A DNA stretch of 53,649 nt from Defluviitaleaceae bacterium (GTDB taxonomy: Bacteria; Bacillota; Clostridia; Lachnospirales; WRAX01), in NCBI GenBank assembly GCA_009781625.1, contig WQVI01000001.1, forward strand, positions 1 through 53,649, written 5' to 3'. Numbering within the stretch: the first letter of the stretch is position 1; every line of letters begins with the position of its first letter. The notes under the pieces were generated by a model, which did not search any database, had not been told where the DNA came from, and saw nothing but the letters and a program-made list of their open reading frames with translations. A program made the position numbers and the translations under genes. Below, in pieces: positions 8,763-16,750 of this stretch.

Positions 8763-9212
8763 TTAATGAACAGCAAGCTTGCTCGCTGCCCTTTGCTTGT
8801 TTAAAATATAGCTGGCACTTTCGGAAAAATCGCTGGCAATTGTCTCAATCCTCTCCTCTTGCGCACGTATCTTCATGTCTAGATCCAACACCTCATTAAT
8901 GCTAAATTGCAGATGCCTTATTTTTTCTTCGTGTTTAGCACTTTCTTCTTCAAATTCGTCGGCAATACTGTCAAAAATACTTTGAAATACCTCATCGCAA
9001 GCCAGCACGTCATCAATTTGCTTTTGTTTTTCCTTGCTCATCTCCAAAAGAAACGCGTTTCTTTCATCCGAAGAGGTTGAAAGATACAGCGTTTCCTGGT
9101 TTTCGCTTATATTAAGCACAGCAACAAGTGCCCCATGCTTTTTATCCAAAATATCTTGAAGAAGGGTTAGCTTGGTTTCAAATCTCTCCTTCTCGTTAAG
9201 GCTGTAGTTCAT
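8763..9212 (-). CDS. Hypothetical helical/coiled-coil protein
   Basis: 149-aa charged helical ORF, overlapping the upstream deacetylase gene by 4 nt. Confidence 0.45.
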   Translation of the reverse strand: MNYSLNEKERFETKLTLLQDILDKKHGALVAVLNISENQETLYLSTSSDERNAFLLEMSKEKQKQIDDVLACDEVFQSIFDSIADEFEEESAKHEEKIRHLQFSINEVLDLDMKIRAQEERIETIASDFSESASYILNKQRAASKLAVH

Positions 9213-10165
9213 TGTGTTCCTCCAACACTGTGATATATGCTTCTGTATATCTCACCGGCTTGCATCGTCATGGTGTTTATCTCAAAAAGCTCTTCAACTG
9301 TCACAAAGGCAAATCCTTGTTCTATCAAAATATCTATGGCCATGATGGCCGCCTCAATAGAGCTTTCATGGATATCGTGCAAAAGCACCACGCTGCCGTC
9401 AACGGCATGGTCTACAATATGGTCTCGCACCAGGGCTGCATTTCTAAAAGACCAATCCCTGGGGTCAACACTCCATAGCACTACAGACATATCCATTTCA
9501 CGGGCAACCTCAAGCACAGCGGTATTTCGCGCGCCATAGGGCGGCCTAAGGGTTGTGGGCACTGTCCCCGTTATGGCCTCGATGCTTCGGTTTGTGCGGT
9601 ATATCTCATCAATAATTCCTTGGCGGCTTATCCTGGTAAAAAACGGATGCCCAAAAGAATGGTTGCCTATAAGATGCCCTTCTTCGTACATCCTTGCCAC
9701 AATGTGGGGGTGCCTATCTACTTCCATACCCAAAAGAAAGAAGGTTGCCCTCACATCTCTTGCATACAAAGCGTCCAGCAAAATCGGCGTTAGTGTGGGG
9801 TGGGGGCCATCGTCAAATGTGATGGCAATGTGGCCCACAAAGCTCTTTTCCTCTTCCTCAATATATCCTTCATTGATATAATTGTTATTATTTGTCGTTA
9901 TATTATTCATAGCTATCTCGGCCTCTAAATGTGTAATGATATCTACAAAAATCTTTTGCCAGTTTGGAAAATTAAAGTTGTCTACATTGGGGGATGCGGG
10001 CACCTGGATAGTTGCGGATAGCTCTTCAATATGGGTTTCTCTGGGCTTGTCTTCATTTGTTATCATTGCCGCATCAAAGTGCGCCAAAACAAATCCCTTG
10101 CCGGCACATCCCACAAAAATAGCCGAAAATATTAACATATACAGCACAATTAAAGCTTTTTTCAC
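9209..10165 (-). CDS. Polysaccharide deacetylase (NodB-domain) lipoprotein
   Basis: Lipobox LIFSAIFVGCAG. NodB motifs IAITFDDGPHP, GNHSFGHP and LLHD. Confidence 0.85.
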   Translation of the reverse strand: MKKALIVLYMLIFSAIFVGCAGKGFVLAHFDAAMITNEDKPRETHIEELSATIQVPASPNVDNFNFPNWQKIFVDIITHLEAEIAMNNITTNNNNYINEGYIEEEEKSFVGHIAITFDDGPHPTLTPILLDALYARDVRATFFLLGMEVDRHPHIVARMYEEGHLIGNHSFGHPFFTRISRQGIIDEIYRTNRSIEAITGTVPTTLRPPYGARNTAVLEVAREMDMSVVLWSVDPRDWSFRNAALVRDHIVDHAVDGSVVLLHDIHESSIEAAIMAIDILIEQGFAFVTVEELFEINTMTMQAGEIYRSIYHSVGGTQ

Positions 10166-10317
10166 AGGCAGCCCCCTAAGTTACGGTAGTATAACTATGG
10201 TTAATAAAAATATTTCCCGACACTTAATATAATTATACTGCATTCTTTTTAAATTTCAAGACCTTTTGGCAGCTATAAGAAAATTTAATATATCGTAACA
10301 TTTTTAGCATATTTCTC

Positions 10318-10346
10318 TTGACATGCGCCACCAAACATGATAATAT
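10318..10346 (+). promoter_or_regulatory. Sigma-A type promoter upstream of rpmG-secE-nusG
   Basis: TTGACA, 17-nt spacer, TAATAT. Confidence 0.5.
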
Positions 10347-10418
10347 TATCTCGTGCCAAAAATTATGGCTTTTTTTAATATGTTCTTGAAATCAATTTTA
10401 CTACAATGAGGTGGAGAA

Positions 10419-10568
10419 ATGAGAACCAAAATCACACTAGCTTGTACAGAGTGCAAACAGCGCAATTACGAAACAAAAAAAGAGCGTAAAAACCACCCTG
10501 ATAGGATGGAATTTAAAAAACATTGCAAATTTTGCAACAAGCACACACCACACAGAGAAACCAGATAA
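10419..10568 (+). CDS. rpmG: 50S ribosomal protein L33 (not in the supplied ORF track; below the size cut-off)
   Basis: Manual translation [51 protein letters not shown] is ggtggag. Canonical position before secE. Confidence 0.9.
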   Translation: MRTKITLACTECKQRNYETKKERKNHPDRMEFKKHCKFCNKHTPHRETR

Positions 10569-10571
10569 CTT

Positions 10572-10595
10572 GTAGGGGCGAACTGCGTTCGCCCG
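10572..10595 (+). repeat. REP hairpin, type 1 (GTAGGGGCGAAC-N-GTTCGCCCG)
   Basis: gtaggggcgaactgcgttcgcccg lies between rpmG and secE. It is the same motif as the copies around RAYT-1. Confidence 0.8.
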
Positions 10596-10615
10596 ATTAA
10601 AAAGGACGTGAAAAA

Positions 10616-10834
10616 ATGGAAGAAAAGAAAAAAGAAGGCCGTTTTTCAGAATGGTTTAGCGGCATCATAGGCGAATTTAAGCGCATAACCTGGCCGGACC
10701 GTAAAACCCTTGTTAAAATGACTGTTACCGTTATCATCACAAGCGGCATCTTCGGCGGCATTATTGTAGCCTACGATTTTGTTTTAGGTGCCGGATACAA
10801 CGGGCTTGTTGGGCTTGTTGACATGCTTAGATAG
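10616..10834 (+). CDS. secE: Preprotein translocase subunit SecE
   Basis: 72 aa with EFKRITWPDRKTL followed by a single TM helix. rpmG-secE-nusG synteny. Confidence 0.9.
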   Translation: MEEKKKEGRFSEWFSGIIGEFKRITWPDRKTLVKMTVTVIITSGIFGGIIVAYDFVLGAGYNGLVGLVDMLR

Positions 10835-10852
10835 AACGGAATGAGGTGAAAT

Positions 10853-11380
10853 ATGACAGAAGTTGCCCCAAGGTGGTATGTGGTACACACCTATTCCGGC
10901 TATGAAAACAAGGTAAAGGCAAATTTGGAAAAGATTATCGAAAACAGGGGTATGCAGGAGCAAATTCTTGAGGTTTCCGTCCCAATTCAAAACGTAGTTG
11001 AAGTTAAAAACGGCGTGAAGAAGACGGTGGCCAAAAAGGTTTTTCCCGGCTATGTCCTCGTTTTTATGCATATGAATGACGAAACATGGTATGTCGTGCG
11101 TAACACCCGCGGCGTTACCAGCTTTGTGGGTCCCGGCAGCAAGCCCGTGCCCCTTTCTGAAGACGAAATACGCTTCATGGGCCTTATTGAGGACCTCGAA
11201 GAGGTGATAGATCTTGACGTGGGCGATGCCGTGCGTATTACAACAGGGCCTTTTGAGGATTCTGTCGGTACGGTAACAGAAGTAAACCAAGCCCGCAAGA
11301 TGGTTGTTGTTTCTCTAACAATTTTTGGCAGAGAAACACCGGTTGAACTGGATTATATACAAATTGAAAAAATGGGTTAA
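10853..11380 (+). CDS. nusG: Transcription termination/antitermination protein NusG
   Basis: WYVVHTYSGYENKVK N-terminus and a KOW region. Synteny supports the call. Confidence 0.95.
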   Translation: MTEVAPRWYVVHTYSGYENKVKANLEKIIENRGMQEQILEVSVPIQNVVEVKNGVKKTVAKKVFPGYVLVFMHMNDETWYVVRNTRGVTSFVGPGSKPVPLSEDEIRFMGLIEDLEEVIDLDVGDAVRITTGPFEDSVGTVTEVNQARKMVVVSLTIFGRETPVELDYIQIEKMG

Positions 11381-11383
11381 TAC

Positions 11384-11412
11384 GTGGGAGGGCATGTGCC
11401 CGATATTACCAC
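11384..11412 (+). promoter_or_regulatory. Hairpin gtgggagggcatgtgcccgatattaccac upstream of rplK; candidate L1-binding autoregulatory leader
   Basis: Position immediately 5' of the rplK SD. A second copy with the same architecture precedes rplA at 14061-14089. Confidence 0.4.
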
Positions 11413-11429
11413 TTTAGGAGGAATATTTT

Positions 11430-11855
11430 ATGGCAAAAAAAGTAACAGGCTTAATTAAATTTCAAATACCTGCGGGTAAAGCCACACCGGCACCGCCTGT
11501 TGGCCCGGCACTTGGCCAACACGGCGTAAACCTGATGGGCTTTTGTAAAGAATTTAACGAGCGTACATCAAGACAAGCGGGCCTTATCATTCCCGTTGTT
11601 ATCACAGTTTACGCCGACAAAAGCTTCACCTTCATCACCAAAACACCGCCTGCGCCTGTTTTGTTGAAAAAAGCAGCGGGCTTGGAAAAAGCCAGCGGCG
11701 TGCCTAACAAAGAAAAAGTTGGCACAGTGACAGAAGCTCAAGTGAAAGAAATTGCGGAAACAAAAATGGCCGACCTTAACGCTGCCAGCCTAGAAACTGC
11801 CATGAGCATGATAAAAGGTACGGCGCGTAGCATGGGCCTTACAGTAGAAGGCTAA
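11430..11855 (+). CDS. rplK: 50S ribosomal protein L11
   Basis: [34 protein letters not shown] is canonical L11. Confidence 0.97.
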   Translation: MAKKVTGLIKFQIPAGKATPAPPVGPALGQHGVNLMGFCKEFNERTSRQAGLIIPVVITVYADKSFTFITKTPPAPVLLKKAAGLEKASGVPNKEKVGTVTEAQVKEIAETKMADLNAASLETAMSMIKGTARSMGLTVEG

Positions 11856-11868
11856 GGAGGAATATTTT

Positions 11869-11949
11869 ATGAAGAACTTCTTACAATTTGCAATTCCATT
11901 TGTAATTGCTTTCGTTGCGGTTATAATAATTATGCAAGTTTTGTTCTAG
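11869..11949 (+). CDS. 26-codon hydrophobic micro-ORF (MKNFLQFAIPFVIAFVAVIIIMQVLF)
   Basis: Its SD plus spacer taaggaggaatattttATG repeats the rplK SD region. Its stop lies 3 nt before the ATG of the first paralog, which has no SD of its own. Confidence 0.4.
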   Translation: MKNFLQFAIPFVIAFVAVIIIMQVLF

Positions 11950-11952
11950 ACC

Positions 11953-12717
11953 ATGCATGATGATTTGCCCACAGAAAATCAACGAGAATTGCAGCTGCTG
12001 CAAGAAAAAGCCAATAGAGCAGACCAGCTTCAAGACTTGTTGCTTAAATTAGACCGCAAGGCACAATGGCTGAGAGGGGCAACAATTGCTCTAAGCATAA
12101 TAGTCTTAATAGGCGGTCTGGCTGCGTTTCGCGCAAACCACTATAACATTGTGCTTGCGCTAAACGGCATAACAGAAACCCACCGCCTAGGCGAGGATGT
12201 CGTAGTTACATTTGATGACCGTTGGTTTGGCAATAACAACGCAATGCGCTCGATACTTTGGCAAGAAGGCGATGAGATGGGCAATTTTGTTTCGTTGCGC
12301 CAAAACAGCTTGGGCTTTTGGTTTATAGCCAGCGAATATGGGGGTGTTTGGCGTACCGCTTCCGGCGGCGGACTTGTCACATGGCCTGTCCCCCTTTGGC
12401 AATTAAACCATTTTGACGACCCGCGATACGGACGCCACCGTCATAATTGGGCGACGATTACCATTCATCAGCGACATCTCGGAACAACTACTTCGATCTC
12501 CCCTTCTTGGGATTTTGGGCGGGTTGCATACTATCACAACACCAACGCAATAGCCCTAATAGAGCTTGATCACTCTCTTTTGCCAGACGGTATAACGGCA
12601 GATATACGGCAATGGGGTTCGTTTTATGTTATACAACTGGACATTGCTATTAGAGATTTTTGGCAACCTGAAATAACGCCATTGATTGAAGATTTGGTCA
12701 GGGATTTTGTTGAATAA
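11953..12717 (+). CDS. Unknown single-pass membrane protein, paralog 1 of 3
   Basis: Charged N-terminus, TM helix ALSIIVLIGGLAAF, then a beta-rich ~190-aa ectodomain. Blocks NGITETHRLGED, YYHNTNAIALIELDHSLLP and VIQLD are shared with the next two ORFs. Confidence 0.7.
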   Translation: MHDDLPTENQRELQLLQEKANRADQLQDLLLKLDRKAQWLRGATIALSIIVLIGGLAAFRANHYNIVLALNGITETHRLGEDVVVTFDDRWFGNNNAMRSILWQEGDEMGNFVSLRQNSLGFWFIASEYGGVWRTASGGGLVTWPVPLWQLNHFDDPRYGRHRHNWATITIHQRHLGTTTSISPSWDFGRVAYYHNTNAIALIELDHSLLPDGITADIRQWGSFYVIQLDIAIRDFWQPEITPLIEDLVRDFVE

Positions 12718-12731
12718 GAAGGTCGTAAGTC

Positions 12732-13394
12732 ATGACAAATGAGCGAGATTTACAAAGGTTGAAGGACGAGGCCGAAAGAGCAGACATTCGCCAGATCGCG
12801 GTGTCTAAATTAGACCGTCAGGTACGATGGCTGAAAAGGGCAGCAATTGCCCTAAGCATAATGGTTTTAATAGGCGGGCCGGCTATGTTTCGCGCAAACC
12901 ACTACAACCTCGTGCTTTCGCTAAACGGCATAACAGAAACCTTTCGCCTGGGCGAAGATGGCACTGTCACCTATGTGGGCCACCTTTTGGGCAACCAAAA
13001 CACAACACGCCTAATATTTTCTCAGCAAGGCAATGAAATGGGCGAATTTGTCCATCTTCGCCGAAACAGTTGGGGCTTTTGGTCAGTTTCCGGCAGAACA
13101 AATTGGCAGGTTGATTCCGGTGGCATTTTAACTACAGAAGTTAACTTTGCTGCGCCAAATTATTTTGATGAACAGTGGGCAGACGTCCCAACTTGGACAT
13201 CAATTGCTTACTATCACAACACCAACGCAATTGCCCTAATTGAAATAGACCATAGCCTTTTGCCTACACATGTCACGGCAAGTCTGCGACAATGGGGCAA
13301 CCATTACATTTTACAACTGGACAATATCGGAAGCTTTCTTGTCCCTGAAATAGAACAAATGATTAACGATATAGTCAAAGATTTTGTTGAATAA
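12732..13394 (+). CDS. Unknown single-pass membrane protein, paralog 2 of 3
   Basis: Same architecture and conserved blocks. 14-nt spacer with SD-like gaagg. Confidence 0.7.
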   Translation: MTNERDLQRLKDEAERADIRQIAVSKLDRQVRWLKRAAIALSIMVLIGGPAMFRANHYNLVLSLNGITETFRLGEDGTVTYVGHLLGNQNTTRLIFSQQGNEMGEFVHLRRNSWGFWSVSGRTNWQVDSGGILTTEVNFAAPNYFDEQWADVPTWTSIAYYHNTNAIALIEIDHSLLPTHVTASLRQWGNHYILQLDNIGSFLVPEIEQMINDIVKDFVE

Positions 13395-13408
13395 GAGGGC
13401 CATAAGCC

Positions 13409-14059
13409 ATGACCCATGACGATTTGACCATAGAGAATAAGGCAGGCCATCTCCAAACTTTGGTGCTTAAATTAGACCGTCAGGCTCGATGGTTGAAAAG
13501 AGCTTTAATCGCTGTTAGTATCATTGTGCTATTGGGTGGATGGTATATGTTTCGCACCAACCATTATTATATTGCACTTGCCATAAATGGCCTTACAGAA
13601 ACCCACAGATTTGGTGACGACGGCACTGTCAACTTTGGCGGCCGCTTTCTGGGCGAGGGCAACACAGTGCGCTTTATATTTTCTCAGCGTGGCGATGACA
13701 TGGGCGAATTTGCGCGGCTTCGTCAAAACAGTTGGGGTTGGTGGTCGGTAGATCCCATATTAAATTGGCGTATAGATTCCGGTGGTATCTTAGTTACTGA
13801 GCGCATCTTTATTTCACCAAATTATTTTGAAGATGAATGGGTGGCGCGTTTTAACAGCTGGAGTTGGGCAGCATATTATCACAATGTAAATGCAACAGCT
13901 TTAATTGAGCTTGACCATAGCCTTCTGCCGGATTATGTTACGGCAACTTTGTATCAAAAGGGCAGAAGCTATGTTATACAACTGGACAATATTGCAATTT
14001 TTCAGTATTATGAGATAGAAGAAATGATAAATAATTTAGTCAGAGATTTTATTGAATAA
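13409..14059 (+). CDS. Unknown single-pass membrane protein, paralog 3 of 3
   Basis: Same architecture and conserved blocks. 14-nt spacer with agaggg. Confidence 0.7.
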   Translation: MTHDDLTIENKAGHLQTLVLKLDRQARWLKRALIAVSIIVLLGGWYMFRTNHYYIALAINGLTETHRFGDDGTVNFGGRFLGEGNTVRFIFSQRGDDMGEFARLRQNSWGWWSVDPILNWRIDSGGILVTERIFISPNYFEDEWVARFNSWSWAAYYHNVNATALIELDHSLLPDYVTATLYQKGRSYVIQLDNIAIFQYYEIEEMINNLVRDFIE

Positions 14060-14060
14060 A

Positions 14061-14089
14061 GTGGGAGGGAGTTTTCCCGCCAACACCAC
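14061..14089 (+). promoter_or_regulatory. Hairpin gtgggagggagttttcccgccaacaccac upstream of rplA; second copy of the L1-leader-like motif
   Basis: Same outer GTGG/CCAC and inner GAGGG/CCCG pairing as 11384-11412, followed by aaggaggaatttt, similar to the rplK SD region. Confidence 0.4.
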
Positions 14090-14104
14090 AAGGAGGAATT
14101 TTAA

Positions 14105-14800
14105 ATGAAAAAAGGTAAAAAGTATCGTGAAAAGGCGGCTTTGATAGACCGTATGATGCAATATGACACCGTTGATGCCATTGATTTGGTGCAAAAGGTT
14201 TCTTATGCAAAATTTGATGAAACCGTTGAGGCCCATGTGCGCCTTGGCGTAGACAGCCGCCATGCTGATCAGCAAGTACGCGGCGCGGTTGTTTTGCCCC
14301 ATGGTACGGGTAAAACCCAGCGCATCTTGGTATTTGCCAAAGGCGACAAGGCCAAAGAGGCCGAAGATGCCGGTGCCGATTTCGTTGGTGCTGAAGAGCT
14401 TATACCAAAAATCCAAAACGAAAACTGGTTTGAATATGATATTATCGTTGCAACCCCTGATATGATGGGTGTTGTAGGCCGCCTTGGTAAGATTTTGGGC
14501 CCGAAAGGCCTTATGCCTAACCCAAAATCTGGCACAGTTACCATGGACATCAAAAAAGCCGTGGACGACATCAAGGCCGGTAAAGTTGAATATCGCCTGG
14601 ACAAAACAAACATTATACACGTGCCTCTGGGCAAGGTGTCTTTCGGCACAGAAAAGCTGGTTGAAAACTTTGAAACGCTGATGTCAGCTATCATCAAAGC
14701 CAAGCCATCCGCCGCAAAGGGACAATACCTGCGCAGCGTCTCCATATCACCTACCATGGGCCCGGGAATTAAAATCAACACAGCCAAGCTTACGTCATAA
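14105..14800 (+). CDS. rplA: 50S ribosomal protein L1
   Basis: [16 protein letters not shown]...[13 protein letters not shown]...ATPDMMG is canonical L1. Confidence 0.97.
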   Translation: MKKGKKYREKAALIDRMMQYDTVDAIDLVQKVSYAKFDETVEAHVRLGVDSRHADQQVRGAVVLPHGTGKTQRILVFAKGDKAKEAEDAGADFVGAEELIPKIQNENWFEYDIIVATPDMMGVVGRLGKILGPKGLMPNPKSGTVTMDIKKAVDDIKAGKVEYRLDKTNIIHVPLGKVSFGTEKLVENFETLMSAIIKAKPSAAKGQYLRSVSISPTMGPGIKINTAKLTS

Positions 14801-15660
14801 TGTGCCCCCCTTTAGGTTTTTTGGGTCACAAGCACAAAATGTCTCCCGATGAGACAAGGGCGTTGGCATGTTGCGCCATTTTGGTGGTGCACAGCGAAGG
14901 TCACAAGGCAGTCATGTTACGCGACTTGCCCAAGCGCAAGGCAGATTACGCAAAGCAAGTGTTGTCGGAAAAATGGGATGTAACGGATTGGGGTAGTAGC
15001 ATAACCTTGCTGGAGAAGCTCTCTAAATCAGAGAATGACAACCCCCTTGTTTCCGAAATTTTCGGCAACATCATCGAAGCTTCCCAATACGAAATTATCC
15101 GTGGCATCTTTACGCCCCTAAAGCAGGACAGCCTTTTGGGTTTGGACATCCCAAACTATTTTGGCCACCTGTGGAAGGTCTCAACAAACAAGGCCAATAG
15201 CGACATCGCCGCCTTTATGGATTTTTTGCACGGCGCGGAAGATGCAAACAAAACCTTCCACGGCATCACGGCATCAATGTTGCTAAATCGTATAAACAGC
15301 TGCATTTCAGGCTACGAGCAAGCCATGCGCTCTCTTACCGTTTCTGGCTATACCAGAGAGGAATTGACATCTATAAGCAATTTTTCTGCTTGGGATTTAG
15401 GCCGTTGCGGCTACATCGCAAAACTGGCCGCCACCGCGGGCTTCATAGATAATGCAACAGCATATCAATATATGATGACCGTCGGAAGCAGTGCTTACAA
15501 GACATATCGAAGCTGGAGACAGTTTTTAGCGGCGTATTTTATCGGACATAGTATCATTGACGGCAATGCCAAAGGCATCGAAGCCTTTGGCGAAACCATA
15601 TCCTATCTACTAAAAGATAAAAAAAGCCCATATCAAAAATTTCCACTAAAATTTGCATAA
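14800..15660 (+). CDS. DUF1266 domain protein
   Basis: AWDLGRCGYIAKLAATAGFIDNATAYQYMM...SWRQFLAAYFIGHS resembles DUF1266. The start is either ATG overlapping the rplA TAA (14800) or ATG 14839. Confidence 0.6.
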   Translation: MCPPLGFLGHKHKMSPDETRALACCAILVVHSEGHKAVMLRDLPKRKADYAKQVLSEKWDVTDWGSSITLLEKLSKSENDNPLVSEIFGNIIEASQYEIIRGIFTPLKQDSLLGLDIPNYFGHLWKVSTNKANSDIAAFMDFLHGAEDANKTFHGITASMLLNRINSCISGYEQAMRSLTVSGYTREELTSISNFSAWDLGRCGYIAKLAATAGFIDNATAYQYMMTVGSSAYKTYRSWRQFLAAYFIGHSIIDGNAKGIEAFGETISYLLKDKKSPYQKFPLKFA

Positions 15661-15661
15661 C

Positions 15662-15687
15662 AAATGCCCCCAAACGTTGGGGGCATT
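15662..15687 (+). terminator. Intrinsic terminator after the DUF1266 gene
   Basis: aaatgccccca-aacg-ttgggggcatt followed by gtgttta. Confidence 0.7.
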
Positions 15688-15701
15688 GTGTTTATCCGTT
15701 G

Positions 15702-16079
15702 CTTATACTAATCTAAGTTATACCAATATCCCACCAAAGCAGTAGCAAAAACTTGTCTTTTTGCACCAAGGACATCGTCAGCTTCTCCTTACGTGCCCTT
15801 ATACTAATCTAAGTTAAAAATCATTGAAAGCTGCCCTGCAAAACTACTTGAATCGCTGTAGATTTCGCAGCTTGCTTTCAATGTTTTTAACGTAAGATTA
15901 GTATTAGGCACGCCGCGTCGTCGCTTCCTTGCCTTGATGCAAAAATCCTGCGTTTTTCTGTTACTGTTTTGGTGGGATATTGGTATAAAAATCATTGAAA
16001 GACTGCGCCGCGAAACGACTTGAAGCGTTGTCGCTTTCGCGGCTTGTTTTCAACGTTTTTAACGTAAGATTAGTATTAC
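15702..16079. repeat. Mosaic repeat field, order A-B-A-C1-A'-B'-C2-A'
   Basis: A (cttatactaatctaagtta) lies at 15702 and 15798; its inverted form (taacgtaagattagtatta) lies at 15888 and 16060. B (15721-15797) is an inverted copy of B' (15907-15985). C1 (15816-15888) and C2 (15986-16060) are direct copies of a ~72-nt hairpin. Confidence 0.8.
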
Positions 16080-16750
16080 TTGCTTTCAAGCTCTGCCAGA
16101 GCAGTCTCCATAAATCCAATAACTTCCTTCGTATGCGGCTCGCAATGCCCTGACGCATAAATCTCAAAATCATATTGCTTATAGGCTTCAATTATATTAC
16201 AAAAGCTTACAGTATCTTCCTGCTTCCCCCAATAATACGCCTTCCCGTCTGCCACCCCAAAGTTGTCCCCGGCGTGCAAAACCTTGTCCACAGCATCATA
16301 CACGGTGATGCTATCCTCTGTATGCCCGGGCGTATGGAAAATTGTGATGCCATCTTCCGGAAAATGCATAACGCCCTCAAACAGCAAATTTGGCGGAAAT
16401 TTGCGCACCTCGCCGGTAAAATATTGGCCAGCATCCTTAGCCCGTTGCACCTGCATATCCCAATTTTTCTCCATAAGTTCATAACAAAGCTTGTGGGCCA
16501 CTATCGTGCTGCCTTCAAGCACCCAATTGCCCCCGGTATGGTCCCAATCGTGATGGGTATTAATAACAACTATTGGCTTTGGGTCATCCCCAATATATTC
16601 CAGCATAGCATCAACACAGTCTCGCCCAATGCCGGTATCAATGATAAAATTATGCTTAACACCAAGTATAACACCCATATACACATCAGCATCGGCATTT
16701 TCCTTTGTGCAAAACAAAATATTGCGGTCACTTATTTTCTTTATCTGCAT
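16076..16750 (-). CDS. MBL-fold metallo-hydrolase
   Basis: VINTHHDWDHTGGN (HxHxDH motif), plus later HTPGHT and SGH. Confidence 0.85.
   Translation of the reverse strand: MQIKKISDRNILFCTKENADADVYMGVILGVKHNFIIDTGIGRDCVDAMLEYIGDDPKPIVVINTHHDWDHTGGNWVLEGSTIVAHKLCYELMEKNWDMQVQRAKDAGQYFTGEVRKFPPNLLFEGVMHFPEDGITIFHTPGHTEDSITVYDAVDKVLHAGDNFGVADGKAYYWGKQEDTVSFCNIIEAYKQYDFEIYASGHCEPHTKEVIGFMETALAELESK

Noticed and set aside
10572-10595. Type-1 REP core CGAAC-TGC-GTTCG looks like a LexA/DinR Cheo box. It also occurs at 38974, 39338 and 42913.
   Set aside because: The Cheo box is GAAC-N4-GTTC, whereas these hairpins have a 3-nt spacer. They are multi-copy REPs unrelated to SOS genes, and none lies upstream of uvrB or uvrA.
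15804-16191. Minus-strand ORFs 15804..15995 and 15961..16191 sharing NTNLTLKTLK.
   Set aside because: The shared peptide derives from the repeated A'/C modules. The second ORF overlaps the 3' end of the MBL gene, and neither has an SD.
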